Source of the DNA: Alphaproteobacteria bacterium
GTDB lineage: Bacteria; Pseudomonadota; Alphaproteobacteria; UBA828
Reading direction: 5' to 3'
DNA length: 64,000 nt
Assembly: GCA_965237415.1 (NCBI GenBank)
Contig: CBDEFM010000002.1
Location: 2,720,001-2,784,000 of the forward strand
Made by a program: the position numbers and the translations under genes
Shown here: piece by piece, positions 41,209 through 49,811 of the stretch
How the letters are laid out: each line of letters starts with the position of its first letter
Position numbering within the stretch: position 1 is the stretch's first letter
Notes under the pieces: generated by a model
Seen by the model: the letters and a program-made list of their open reading frames with translations, nothing else
Databases searched by the model: none
Told to the model about the DNA's origin: nothing

Positions 41209-41958
41209 GCCGCAGTCTCCGGCGGCCGTTCGCGCGCCCGCCGGCACCGGTTGCGGCAGCGGCATGATGACCCGGCGCCTCTGCCGCGCCGTCACCGGGC
41301 GCGCCTCGAACACGGTCTTGCCGGCCTCCACATAGACGAGGCCGCCGAAGGGGCGCCCGAGGTGGCGGCCCACGCGCTGCCAGACGGCAGCGGTGCGCAG
41401 CACCGCGCGCGAGCCCGCGGGCGGGAAGAACAGCATCGCGCCGGCGGTGAGCGGGGCGAAGCGGTGCTCCCTCAAGAGCCGGGCGAGCTGGGAGGCGCTG
41501 AACGGCGAGCCATGGCCGAATGGCGTCGCCTCGGCGCGTGCCCAGAGGCCGTGGCGGTTCGGCACCAGCACCAGAATGCGCCCGTTCGGCCGCATCACCC
41601 GCCACACCTCCTCCAGCATCGCCCGGCGCTGCTCGCTGAACTCGAGGCCATGGACGATGAGGATGCGGTCGATGGAGCCGTCGGGGAGCGGCAGGAAGCC
41701 GTCGTCGGCGAGCGTTACCAGCCGCCCGCCGCTCTCGGGCCACGCCATGACCCCCTGGCCCGCCGGCATGACGGCGAACACGCGATCCGCCTCCTCGCGG
41801 AAGAGCCCGAGGAAGGGCACCGGGTAGCCGAGCCCCAGCACCACCTCTTCGCGCACGCTCGGCCACACCCGGCGGATTTTCTGGCCCATTATCCGCCGTG
41901 CGACGCGGCCCAGCCGGGTCAGGTAGAAGGCGTTGAGGTCGACGACGTCCTGATGCAT
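41188..41958 (-). CDS. Class I SAM methyltransferase-like protein (family usually divergent from gloB)
   Basis: DVVDLNAFY, LGLGYP, MPAGQGV, TPFGHG. Confidence 0.85.
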   Translation of the reverse strand: MHQDVVDLNAFYLTRLGRVARRIMGQKIRRVWPSVREEVVLGLGYPVPFLGLFREEADRVFAVMPAGQGVMAWPESGGRLVTLADDGFLPLPDGSIDRILIVHGLEFSEQRRAMLEEVWRVMRPNGRILVLVPNRHGLWARAEATPFGHGSPFSASQLARLLREHRFAPLTAGAMLFFPPAGSRAVLRTAAVWQRVGRHLGRPFGGLVYVEAGKTVFEARPVTARQRRRVIMPLPQPVPAGARTAAGDCGLPASRP

Positions 41959-42004
41959 GGCCGGGTATCGTAGCAGGCTCCGGCGGCTCGGCTCAGCACG
42001 GGTT

Positions 42005-42274
42005 TAGCCCGCATTTCTCACCAAGGTCATGGTCTGCGCGGCGCTGTCCGGCCGACAGAGTAGGAACGGCGCGCAGCGCGATGCGGGGACATCGGGCAAG
42101 CGCCGTGACGCACACTGTCGGCCGGACAGCGCCGCCCTTCGGGTCGCGCCCAGGCGCCCGCCCGCGGCGTCGCGGGCCTCAACCGTAGCTCCAGCTACGC
42201 TCTTCGGCCCGCTCCTGGCGGATCGAACGCCTGGACACGACGCAGGCCGTGACCCTGGTGAGAAATGCGGGCTA
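42005..42274. mobile_element. Miniature inverted-repeat element, copy 1 (270 bp)
   Basis: TA-GCCCGCATTTCTCACCA...TGGTGAGAAATGCGGGC-TA termini; core shared with 52288-52464; nested perfect 21-bp inverted repeat at 42038-42058/42115-42135. Confidence 0.8.
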
Positions 42275-42994
42275 GTACATATGGGTGCCGCCGTTCATCG
42301 TGATCGTGGAGCCGGTGGTCCACGCCGCCTTGTCGTCGATGAGGAAGAGCACGGCGTGAGCCACCTCTTCCTCATACCCCATCCGGCGGATCGGGGACTT
42401 GTCGATGATCTTCTGAACGATTTTCTCGGGCATGTTGCGCATCAGGTAGGTGTCGACATAGCCGGGTGCCACGGTGTTGACCGTGATCCCGTGCTTCGCC
42501 CCTTCCTGCGCCAGCGCCTTGGTGAAGCCGTGCATGCCCGCCTTGGCGGCAACGTAGTTGACCTGGTTGAGCTGGCCGGCCTGGCCGTTCATCGAGCCGA
42601 TCTGGACGATGCGGCCCCAGCCCCGCTCCATCATGCCGGGATAGACCGCCTTCGACATGTAGAAGACGGAATCGAGGTTGACCCGCACCACCCGTTGCCA
42701 CTGGTCGTCGGTCATGTTCTCGAACTTGTTGTCGGAGACCGTGCCCGCATTGTTGACGAGGATTTCCACCGGGCCGTGCTCGGCCTCGATGGCCTCGACC
42801 CCGGCCCGGCAGGCGTCGCCGTCGCTCACGTCCCATTTGAGCGCAGGGATGCCCGATTCCGCTGTGAAGGCGGCAGCGCACGCCTCGTCGGCATGGTAGT
42901 TGACCACCACCGGGTGGCCGGCGTCCTTCAGCGCGCGCGCGACGCCGGCGCCGATGCCGCGCGTGCCGCCGGTGATGAGTGCTTGCCGTGCCAC
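42272..42994 (-). CDS. phaB: Acetoacetyl-CoA reductase paralog
   Basis: ITGGTRGIG, NNAG, YVAAK, PGYVDT, NGGTHMY. Confidence 0.85.
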   Translation of the reverse strand: MARQALITGGTRGIGAGVARALKDAGHPVVVNYHADEACAAAFTAESGIPALKWDVSDGDACRAGVEAIEAEHGPVEILVNNAGTVSDNKFENMTDDQWQRVVRVNLDSVFYMSKAVYPGMMERGWGRIVQIGSMNGQAGQLNQVNYVAAKAGMHGFTKALAQEGAKHGITVNTVAPGYVDTYLMRNMPEKIVQKIIDKSPIRRMGYEEEVAHAVLFLIDDKAAWTTGSTITMNGGTHMY

Positions 42995-43018
42995 GCCGTC
43001 TCCCCTCGAAACGTCCCG

Positions 43019-43741
43019 TCAATACATGTGGTGGCCGCCGTTCACCGAGATCGTCGATCCGGTAATGAAATCGGCGTCGTCTGCGGTGAGGAACAGCACC
43101 GCCCGCGCAATGTCCTCGGCGCGGCCCAGCCGGCCGACGGGGATGCTCGCCACAATCTTCTCCAGCACCGCCTCCGGCACCGCGCGCACCATGTCGGTAT
43201 CGACATAGCCGGGTGCGACGGCGTTCACGGTGATCCCGTGGCGCGCGCCCTCCTGCGCCAGGGCCTTGGTAAAGCCGTGAATCCCGGACTTCGCCGCGGC
43301 GTAGTTGACCTGGCCGTACTGGCCCGCCTGGCCGTTAATAGAGCCCACATTCACGACTCGCCCGAACTTGCGCGCGCGCATGCCGGGGAAGGTGGCGTGA
43401 CAGAGGTTGAAGCAAGAGCCGAGGTTGGTGTCGAGCACCGCCTGCCATCTGTCCGGCGTCATCTTTTGCAGCGTGCCATCCCGCGTGATCCCGGCATTGT
43501 TCACCAGGATATCGATGGGGCCCAGGTCCGCCTCGATCTGCGCGACGCCCGCCTCGCAGGCCGCGAAGTCGCTCACGTCCCACTTGCAGACATCGATGCC
43601 AGTGACCTCGCGGAAGCGCTCGGCCGCCTCGTCGTTCGCGTGGTAGTTCGCTGCCACTCGGCAGCCGTGATTCTTCAGCGCGAGCGAAATCGCGCCGCCG
43701 ATGCCCCGCGTTCCGCCTGTCACCAGTGCGACCCGATTCAT
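43019..43741 (-). CDS. phaB: Acetoacetyl-CoA reductase
   Basis: VTGGTRGIG, NNAGITRD, GQYGQVNYAAAK, NGGHHMY. Confidence 0.93.
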   Translation of the reverse strand: MNRVALVTGGTRGIGGAISLALKNHGCRVAANYHANDEAAERFREVTGIDVCKWDVSDFAACEAGVAQIEADLGPIDILVNNAGITRDGTLQKMTPDRWQAVLDTNLGSCFNLCHATFPGMRARKFGRVVNVGSINGQAGQYGQVNYAAAKSGIHGFTKALAQEGARHGITVNAVAPGYVDTDMVRAVPEAVLEKIVASIPVGRLGRAEDIARAVLFLTADDADFITGSTISVNGGHHMY

Positions 43742-43854
43742 TCTCTCTCTCCCGGTAATGCTCAGCGCCGCCGGGAGCCGACTCCTCGGCGGCGCGCGCG
43801 CCTCATATGCGCCGGCGGCAGCGCATTTTCAAGCGTTGGCGCGGAGAAGCGGGG

Positions 43855-45075
43855 CTATGCGGCGGCGTGGTCTGCGATCCACGCCGCAAGCCGGCGCCAG
43901 AGCAGGCGCTTGGTCCGCGGGCTCGCCATCATCCCGATATGGCCGAGCGGCGGTCGCCAGGTCTCCACATGAGGCAACGCGATGCTCAGCGCCGCCGCCG
44001 AGGCCGGGGGGACGATACGATCGCGCGCCGGCACGACATTGAGCGCGGGCACGTGAATACGCTCCGGCCGAACCGCCTTGGCGCCTACGCGCCAGTTCCC
44101 CCGCGCGGGGGCGTTCGCGCCGTACCAGTCCTCCAGGCAGGCCCGAGCCACGCGGCCCGTGAGCGGCACGGCGTCGTTGAGCCAGTCCTCGAGCGCGACG
44201 AAGTTGCGCGCCGCGGCCGAGCCGGGCGGGAGCGCGGCAAAGGCCGAGAACTTGCGCGCCGCCAGCGGCGGGTCGAGGGCGGCGAACATGGCCTGCAGCG
44301 CGTCGGGCGGCAGTTGCTCCAGACTCTCGATCAGGGCGGTCAGCCCCGGCAGGTGGGCCGCGATCAGGCGCGCCTGATGGCGGCCGTCGGCCCAAAAATC
44401 CCAGGGCGTCGCCAGCAGGACCAACGCCGCCACATCGGCCCGGGCGGCAAGCGGCAGCACCATCGTGCCGCCCATGCAGTACCCGGTGAGGGTCACCGGC
44501 CTGCCCGCGTCGTGGCGCACCGCCTCCAGCGCGGGCTCCAGGCGACCGAGGATGTAGTCGTCGAGCCCGAAATCCCGCTCGTCGGCGCCCGGTGCTCCCC
44601 AGTCCAGCAGATAGGGGCGGAGGCCCCGCTCCCGCAGATAGCGGGCGAAGCTGCGCCGCGCGGTGAGGTCGAGGATGTAGGCGCGGTTGATGAGCGAAGG
44701 CACCAGCAGCACCGGCGCGCCCGATGCCTCGCCGCCGAAGGCTAGAACCCGCGTGGTGCCGGCCTGCCAGAGGATCGGCGGGTCTTCGAGGCGGCGCCGG
44801 TAAGGGTGTGCGCGGTAGCCTTCGATGCCCGCGAGGAAGCGGCCGACGCGGCCTGCCGCCTCGGCGCCGAGCGCGCGCGCCAGCGCCTCAGGATCGGTCT
44901 CTGCGAGTGCCTTTTCGAGGGCTGCTGCCGGCGCCGCGGGCACGTGCTTCCAGCGCAGCGATCCCCTCCTCGCAAGCGGCAAGGCGGCGAGTGAGCTCAG
45001 CCAGCCGCTGAGCGCCATCCCCAGATGAAGGGGGAGGGGCCTCGGCCCCAGACGAGTTGTCGCCTGCGCGGCCAT
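43855..45075 (-). CDS. PhaC-like alpha/beta hydrolase (class III-sized PHA synthase)
   Basis: VPSLINRAYILDL, PhaC-box GYCMGG, DRIVP, GHIG. Confidence 0.8.
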   Translation of the reverse strand: MAAQATTRLGPRPLPLHLGMALSGWLSSLAALPLARRGSLRWKHVPAAPAAALEKALAETDPEALARALGAEAAGRVGRFLAGIEGYRAHPYRRRLEDPPILWQAGTTRVLAFGGEASGAPVLLVPSLINRAYILDLTARRSFARYLRERGLRPYLLDWGAPGADERDFGLDDYILGRLEPALEAVRHDAGRPVTLTGYCMGGTMVLPLAARADVAALVLLATPWDFWADGRHQARLIAAHLPGLTALIESLEQLPPDALQAMFAALDPPLAARKFSAFAALPPGSAAARNFVALEDWLNDAVPLTGRVARACLEDWYGANAPARGNWRVGAKAVRPERIHVPALNVVPARDRIVPPASAAALSIALPHVETWRPPLGHIGMMASPRTKRLLWRRLAAWIADHAAA

Positions 45076-45259
45076 TCAGGCCGCCGCTCGCGGCGTCCGG
45101 CGCCAGTGCCGCGAGGTGCAGGGCGGCGAGGCGGAGCGTGAGCGCGCCCGGGCCTTCGTCCCGGCCGGAGCCGGCGATCTCCTCCTGCCAGAGGTCGAGG
45201 AAGCGCTTGGCGAGCGCGGCCGGGTCGTCGTCATCGCTCATGCCCTCGGGCTTGCTCAT
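44888..45259 (-). CDS. Small coiled-coil protein overlapping the PhaC-like gene
   Basis: LAKRFLDLWQE N-terminal helix; LAELTRRLAACEEGIAALEAR heptads. Confidence 0.65.
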   Translation of the reverse strand: MSKPEGMSDDDDPAALAKRFLDLWQEEIAGSGRDEGPGALTLRLAALHLAALAPDAASGGLNGRAGDNSSGAEAPPPSSGDGAQRLAELTRRLAACEEGIAALEARARGAGSSPRKGTRRDRS

Positions 45260-45327
45260 GGCGCGAGTATAGCCCACAGGGCGGCCCCGTCGTTGACTCG
45301 CCCGGCACGGCGCACCATGCTCGGACC

Positions 45328-45852
45328 ATGACCATCGAGCAGAAGATCGAGGCCGCGGGCCTGACGCTGCCCCGGCTCGAAGACAGCTACAGCAACAACC
45401 CGTCGGGCGCGAAATACGTCTCGCACCACGCGGTGGGGCGCGTGCTTTACCTCTCCGGCTGCACGCCGGCGAAGGACGGCAAGCCCTACATGACCGGCAT
45501 TCTCGGCGTGGACCGCACGATCGAGGAAGGCTACGAGGCGGCGCGCCAGTGCATGCTCTGCTACCTCGGCCTGATCAAGTATGCGCTGGGCGATCTCGAC
45601 CGCGTGCACCGGATGCTGCATCTGGTGGGTTATGTGAACTCGGGTCCCGATTTCGTCGATCAGCCGCGCGTCATCAACGGCGCCGTCGACCTCCTGGTCG
45701 AGCTTTACGGCCCCCGCCTGATGCCGACGCGGGCGGCCATCGGCTGCCGCGGGCTCGCCGTCAACCATTCCGTCGAGCTGATCGCCACGGTTGAATTCGA
45801 CGGCGGCAGCGTGGCGCCGGCGCTCGCCCGCGACGGGACGGTGCTCGACTGA
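45328..45852 (+). CDS. RidA/YjgF family protein
   Basis: LYLSG, GYVNS, PRVINGA, RAAIG; TTGACT-N17-CATGCT just upstream of the ATG suggests a leaderless transcript. Confidence 0.88.
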   Translation: MTIEQKIEAAGLTLPRLEDSYSNNPSGAKYVSHHAVGRVLYLSGCTPAKDGKPYMTGILGVDRTIEEGYEAARQCMLCYLGLIKYALGDLDRVHRMLHLVGYVNSGPDFVDQPRVINGAVDLLVELYGPRLMPTRAAIGCRGLAVNHSVELIATVEFDGGSVAPALARDGTVLD

Positions 45853-45900
45853 GAGGCGCCGCCGCCCGCCACTCCTCCGCCATTCAAGAGATCTGATGCC

Positions 45901-46890
45901 ATGGAAGCGGTTCTCTGCAGGGCCTTCGGCCCGCCCAAGACCCTTGCGGTCGAGACCGTGGACCCGCCCGCGCTCGGGCCGGGCGAGGTGCGCATCGCCG
46001 TTGCCGCGGTCGGCGTGAACTTCCCCGATCTCCTCCTGATCGAAGGCAAGTATCAGGTCAGGCCGCCCTTCCCCTTCAGCCCCGGCCTCGAATGCGCGGG
46101 CACGGTCACGGAACTCGGACCCGGCGCAGACGGGCCGGCACCCGGCACCCGCGTGCTCGTCTATTGCTCCCACGGCTGTATGGCCGAGGAGGTGGTGGCG
46201 TCGACCTCCACCGTCATCCCGATCCCCGATGCGATGCCGTTCGACGTCGCTGCGGCCTTTCCCGTGGTCTATGGCACCGGCTACCACGCGCTCGTCGGGC
46301 GCGCGGCGCTGGCCGAGGGCGAGACGCTGCTGGTGCTGGGCGCCTCCGGCGGTGTCGGGCTCTCGGCGGTGGAGATCGGCAAGCGCCTGGGCGCGACCGT
46401 GATCGCGGCCGCAAGCAGCGACGAGAAGCTCGCGCACGCGCAGGAGCACGGTGCCGACCACTTGGTCAACTACAGCACGGAAGACCTTCGCGAGCGGGTC
46501 AAGGCGTTGACCGACGGGCGCGGCGCGGATGTGATCTACGACCCGGTCGGCGGCGATATCTTCGAAGCGTCGATGCGCTGCATCGCGTGGAACGGCCGGT
46601 TGCTGGTCATCGGCTTTGCCTCAGGCCGCATCGCCGAGGCCAAGACCAATATCGTGCTGCTCAAGGAGATGAGTGTCGTCGGGGTCGCCTGGGGCGCCTT
46701 CGCCTTTCGCGACCCCGCCGCGAATCGCGCCTATTTCGCCGAGTTGCTGCGCTGGTACGAGGCCGGCGCGCTGAATCCGCTCGTCTCCCGCCGCCTGCCG
46801 CTCGCAGAGGCGCCGGCGGCGCTGGAGGCGTTTCGCACCCGCAGCGTGGTCGGCAAGCAGGTGCTGACGGTGGAGCAACCCGGCGGCTGA
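45901..46890 (+). CDS. NADPH:quinone oxidoreductase family (MDR)
   Basis: GVNFPD, GKYQ, LGASGGVG, DPVGG, GFASG. Confidence 0.93.
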   Translation: MEAVLCRAFGPPKTLAVETVDPPALGPGEVRIAVAAVGVNFPDLLLIEGKYQVRPPFPFSPGLECAGTVTELGPGADGPAPGTRVLVYCSHGCMAEEVVASTSTVIPIPDAMPFDVAAAFPVVYGTGYHALVGRAALAEGETLLVLGASGGVGLSAVEIGKRLGATVIAAASSDEKLAHAQEHGADHLVNYSTEDLRERVKALTDGRGADVIYDPVGGDIFEASMRCIAWNGRLLVIGFASGRIAEAKTNIVLLKEMSVVGVAWGAFAFRDPAANRAYFAELLRWYEAGALNPLVSRRLPLAEAPAALEAFRTRSVVGKQVLTVEQPGG

Positions 46891-46938
46891 CCACGCGCAC
46901 GCGTCGCCTCCTTTACCCGAGGGCGCGGATTTTCTACC

Positions 46939-48066
46939 TTGTGGCCGCCCCGCGGCGCCGCGGAGCAGTGGACTGCAGAACGGCTAGGACAGAGCGTGGC
47001 TGGGGAGGCGATCCGAGGCGCTGCGGGGCCGCTCGTGGACGATCCCGTCATTGGGCACCCGGTCCGCGCCGGCGGGTGGGCGGATCACGCCGCCTCGTCC
47101 TACGCACTGGCGGCGCGCGCCCTTGATGAGGGGCGCTTCGCCGATGCCGCGGCCCTCGCCCGCCATACGGTCGAAGAAGCCCGCGAGGGCTACGAGCTCT
47201 ATGCCCTCTGGACCGACCAGATCAGGGATACCCTCGTCGCCGAGGGCGTGGACGAGGACGAAATCGCGGCGGGTGAGGCGCGGTTGGGTACGCTGCTGGC
47301 CGGCGAGGCGGGGGAGCCTTTCGACATCCACGCCGGCTGGGCCGCCTACACCGCCGAAATCGACGCGGTCGAGGCCGCCTGCCGGGCCGGCGATGCGCCC
47401 GGCGCCCGCGCGTGCCTGGAGCGCGCCCGCACGACTTGGCTCGAGACCCACGACCGGGGCTGCGACCTGGTCTACGGCATGCTCGACTTGGTGGTCCGCC
47501 ATCTCGGCGAGCGCCGCATCGGCCCGCTCTGGGACGAGCTGATGGCGCCGATGTATGAGACCTACGACGTCTATGACACGGCCGCGCACCCGTGGCCGCG
47601 CTCGATGCACCGGTTGATCCTGATCGCGGCGCTTTCGCTGCGCGGCCATCTGAGCGGCCCGGGGCGCATGGGCGCCATCGAGATCACTGAAGAGGCCGAC
47701 CGCTGGGTGCTCAGCTTCGACCCCTGCGGCTCCGGCGGGCGCACCTACCGCGACGACGACTCTCGGGGCCCGCGCATGCAGCCCCCCTACGGTTTCGCCG
47801 TGACTACCGAGGCCCATGACTGGTCCTGGGGCAAGACCGGCGTCTGCGTCTATTGCGTCCATTGCTGCCAGCTCAACCAGCGCATGCCCATCCGCCGCTT
47901 CGGCTATCCGACGCGGGTGATCGATCCACCCACCTGGCCGGCGGCTCGCGAGGGCGGCGTCTGCCGCTGGTCGATCTACAAGGACCCCGCACTGGTGCCC
48001 GACGAGGCCTATACCAGCGTGGGCTATGAGAAACCGGCAGTGGCCGGCGCGGGAGCGACTCAATGA
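46939..48066 (+). CDS. Hypothetical protein with His/Cys cluster
   Basis: Long ORF with coding-like codon use; LRGHLSG, FDPCGSGGR, CVYCVHCC; ATGA overlap with the next gene; start uncertain (GTG 46996 possible). Confidence 0.8.
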   Translation: MWPPRGAAEQWTAERLGQSVAGEAIRGAAGPLVDDPVIGHPVRAGGWADHAASSYALAARALDEGRFADAAALARHTVEEAREGYELYALWTDQIRDTLVAEGVDEDEIAAGEARLGTLLAGEAGEPFDIHAGWAAYTAEIDAVEAACRAGDAPGARACLERARTTWLETHDRGCDLVYGMLDLVVRHLGERRIGPLWDELMAPMYETYDVYDTAAHPWPRSMHRLILIAALSLRGHLSGPGRMGAIEITEEADRWVLSFDPCGSGGRTYRDDDSRGPRMQPPYGFAVTTEAHDWSWGKTGVCVYCVHCCQLNQRMPIRRFGYPTRVIDPPTWPAAREGGVCRWSIYKDPALVPDEAYTSVGYEKPAVAGAGATQ

Positions 48067-49421
48067 GCGATACGGCGAATGAAGAGTTGGCGGCGATCCG
48101 AGAGCGCATGCGCTCAGAAGGCGTGCGCCTCGTTCAGGTCGAGGTGCCGGATCTCGACGGCGGGCTGCGCGGCAAGCTGCTCGCGCTCGACAAGGGGCTC
48201 TCTGACGAGATCGGCTGGTCAAACATCATCTATGGGCTGACCGCGGCGGACGATGTCTATGTCTCTCCGTTCTCGTCCTACGAAAACGGCTTCGCCGACG
48301 TTTTCGGGCAGCCGGATACCGCCACGGTCCGCCGCCTGCCCTGGCGGCCTGATACGGTGGCGGTCGTGATCGACCTCCACGACGCCGACGGCACCATGAC
48401 GCCGGAAGGCCCGCGCACGATGCTGAGGCGCGCCGTCGACAAGGCCACCGCCATGGGCTTCCAGCCGCGCTTCGCGGTCGAGTACGAGGTCTTCATCTAC
48501 TATGCGGACGATGCCGCCTCGCCGCCCTCGCCGGCGACGCTCACGCCGGTATCGCGCACGCGGAACGCCTACAGCCTGGTCCGTCTGCCGGCGCTCCGCG
48601 CGCTCTTCGAGACCTTCATGCAGCGCATGGAGGCGGTGGGCACGCAGGTCGTTTCCATGCACACGGAGCTCGGCCACGGCGCCATCGAGTTCGCGCTCGC
48701 CCATGCGCCGCCGCTCGCCGCCGCGGACGGCGCCGTGCGCGCCAAGACCTATCTGAAGGAGGTCTGTGCCGAGCGCGGCATGGTCGCGACCTTCATGGCC
48801 AAGCTCGACGCCGACCTGCCGGGCTCCGGCGGGCATGTTCACCAGAGCCTGTGGCGGGACGGCGAGAATGTGTTCTGGGGCGGTACGGGCCCGAGCGAGA
48901 CCGCGAGGCAATACGCCGCCGGCCAGCTCGAGCATCTGCCGGCGCTCGTCGCGCTCTGCATGTCTAACATCAACTCGTTCCGGCGCCGGGACTGGCAGCA
49001 CTGGGTGCCCGAGAACGCATCCTGGGGCGATGACAACCGCAGTGCGGCGCTCAGGCTGATCACCCGGCCCGTGCCGCACGGCGCGCGCTTCGAGAACCGG
49101 GTGCCGGGCGCCGATTCGAACGCCTATCTCACCATCGGCGGCATGCTGGCCGCGGGCCTCGACGGTATCGAGCGCGGCCTCGTGCCGCCGCCGCTTTGCG
49201 CAGGCAACGCGGCGCTCGACGAGAGCTACACGAAGCTGCCGGCCTCGCTGGAGGAGGCGGTCGAAGTCTTCGAGGCTTCCGCCTTCCTGCGCCGCGCCTT
49301 CGGCGACCGTTTCGTCGATCACTACGCGCTGTCGCGGCGGGCCGAGCTCGACCTCTGGCGCGCCTGGCAGCAGAGCCATGTCAGCGCCTGGGAGTACGAG
49401 CGCTATTTCGAGACCATTTGA
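48063..49421 (+). CDS. Glutamine synthetase family protein (probable gamma-glutamyl-amine ligase)
   Basis: LRGK, VEYEV, HTELGHGAIEF, ATFMAK, GSGGHVHQS, DNRSAALR, FENRVPGAD. Confidence 0.92.
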   Translation: MSDTANEELAAIRERMRSEGVRLVQVEVPDLDGGLRGKLLALDKGLSDEIGWSNIIYGLTAADDVYVSPFSSYENGFADVFGQPDTATVRRLPWRPDTVAVVIDLHDADGTMTPEGPRTMLRRAVDKATAMGFQPRFAVEYEVFIYYADDAASPPSPATLTPVSRTRNAYSLVRLPALRALFETFMQRMEAVGTQVVSMHTELGHGAIEFALAHAPPLAAADGAVRAKTYLKEVCAERGMVATFMAKLDADLPGSGGHVHQSLWRDGENVFWGGTGPSETARQYAAGQLEHLPALVALCMSNINSFRRRDWQHWVPENASWGDDNRSAALRLITRPVPHGARFENRVPGADSNAYLTIGGMLAAGLDGIERGLVPPPLCAGNAALDESYTKLPASLEEAVEVFEASAFLRRAFGDRFVDHYALSRRAELDLWRAWQQSHVSAWEYERYFETI

Positions 49422-49433
49422 GTGGCGGGGCGA

Positions 49434-49462
49434 CTTTCATAAGTCGATCGCTGCCCCCATAT
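49434..49462 (+). promoter_or_regulatory. Candidate RpoH (sigma32) promoter
   Basis: CTTTCA-N15-CCCCATAT upstream of the DUF465 gene. Confidence 0.4.
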
Positions 49463-49516
49463 AGGATTGAGCCGCACCCGGCCGGTGCGCCGGCGTGGCA
49501 GGACGAAGGGGGACGA

Positions 49517-49705
49517 ATGACCGATCAAGACTCGATTGCGCAGCGCCTGGAGGCGCTGCGCAACGAACATCAGTCGTTAAATACTCAAATCGACGCGCTC
49601 GCGGGCCACGGCGACAATCTCGAAATTCAGGGCCTCAAACGCCAGAAACTCCGCCTCAAGGACGAAATCGCGCGGTTGGAGAACGAGCTCGCGCCTTCAG
49701 GATGA
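49517..49705 (+). CDS. DUF465 (YdcH) family protein
   Basis: LEALRNEHQSL...LKRQKLRLKDEI; RBS GAAGGGGG. Confidence 0.9.
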   Translation: MTDQDSIAQRLEALRNEHQSLNTQIDALAGHGDNLEIQGLKRQKLRLKDEIARLENELAPSG

Positions 49706-49811
49706 GTTCGGAGCGAAAATTTACAAAACGAACCCAATTTCAAGTAACTTGTTATTTTAACAACATGAATTGACGGATCGTGCCCATGCCGGCGGTGTGT
49801 TCCGCGCCGGC

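Noticed and set aside
42029-43972. 647-aa plus-strand ORF and other long antisense ORFs (e.g. 2731-4101, 16261-18054, 39231-40754)
   Set aside because: High-GC shadow frames opposite well-supported genes, with no recognisable motifs.
49495-49773. 92-aa ORF overlapping the DUF465 gene
   Set aside because: The alternative frame 49517-49705 has the clear family signature and RBS.
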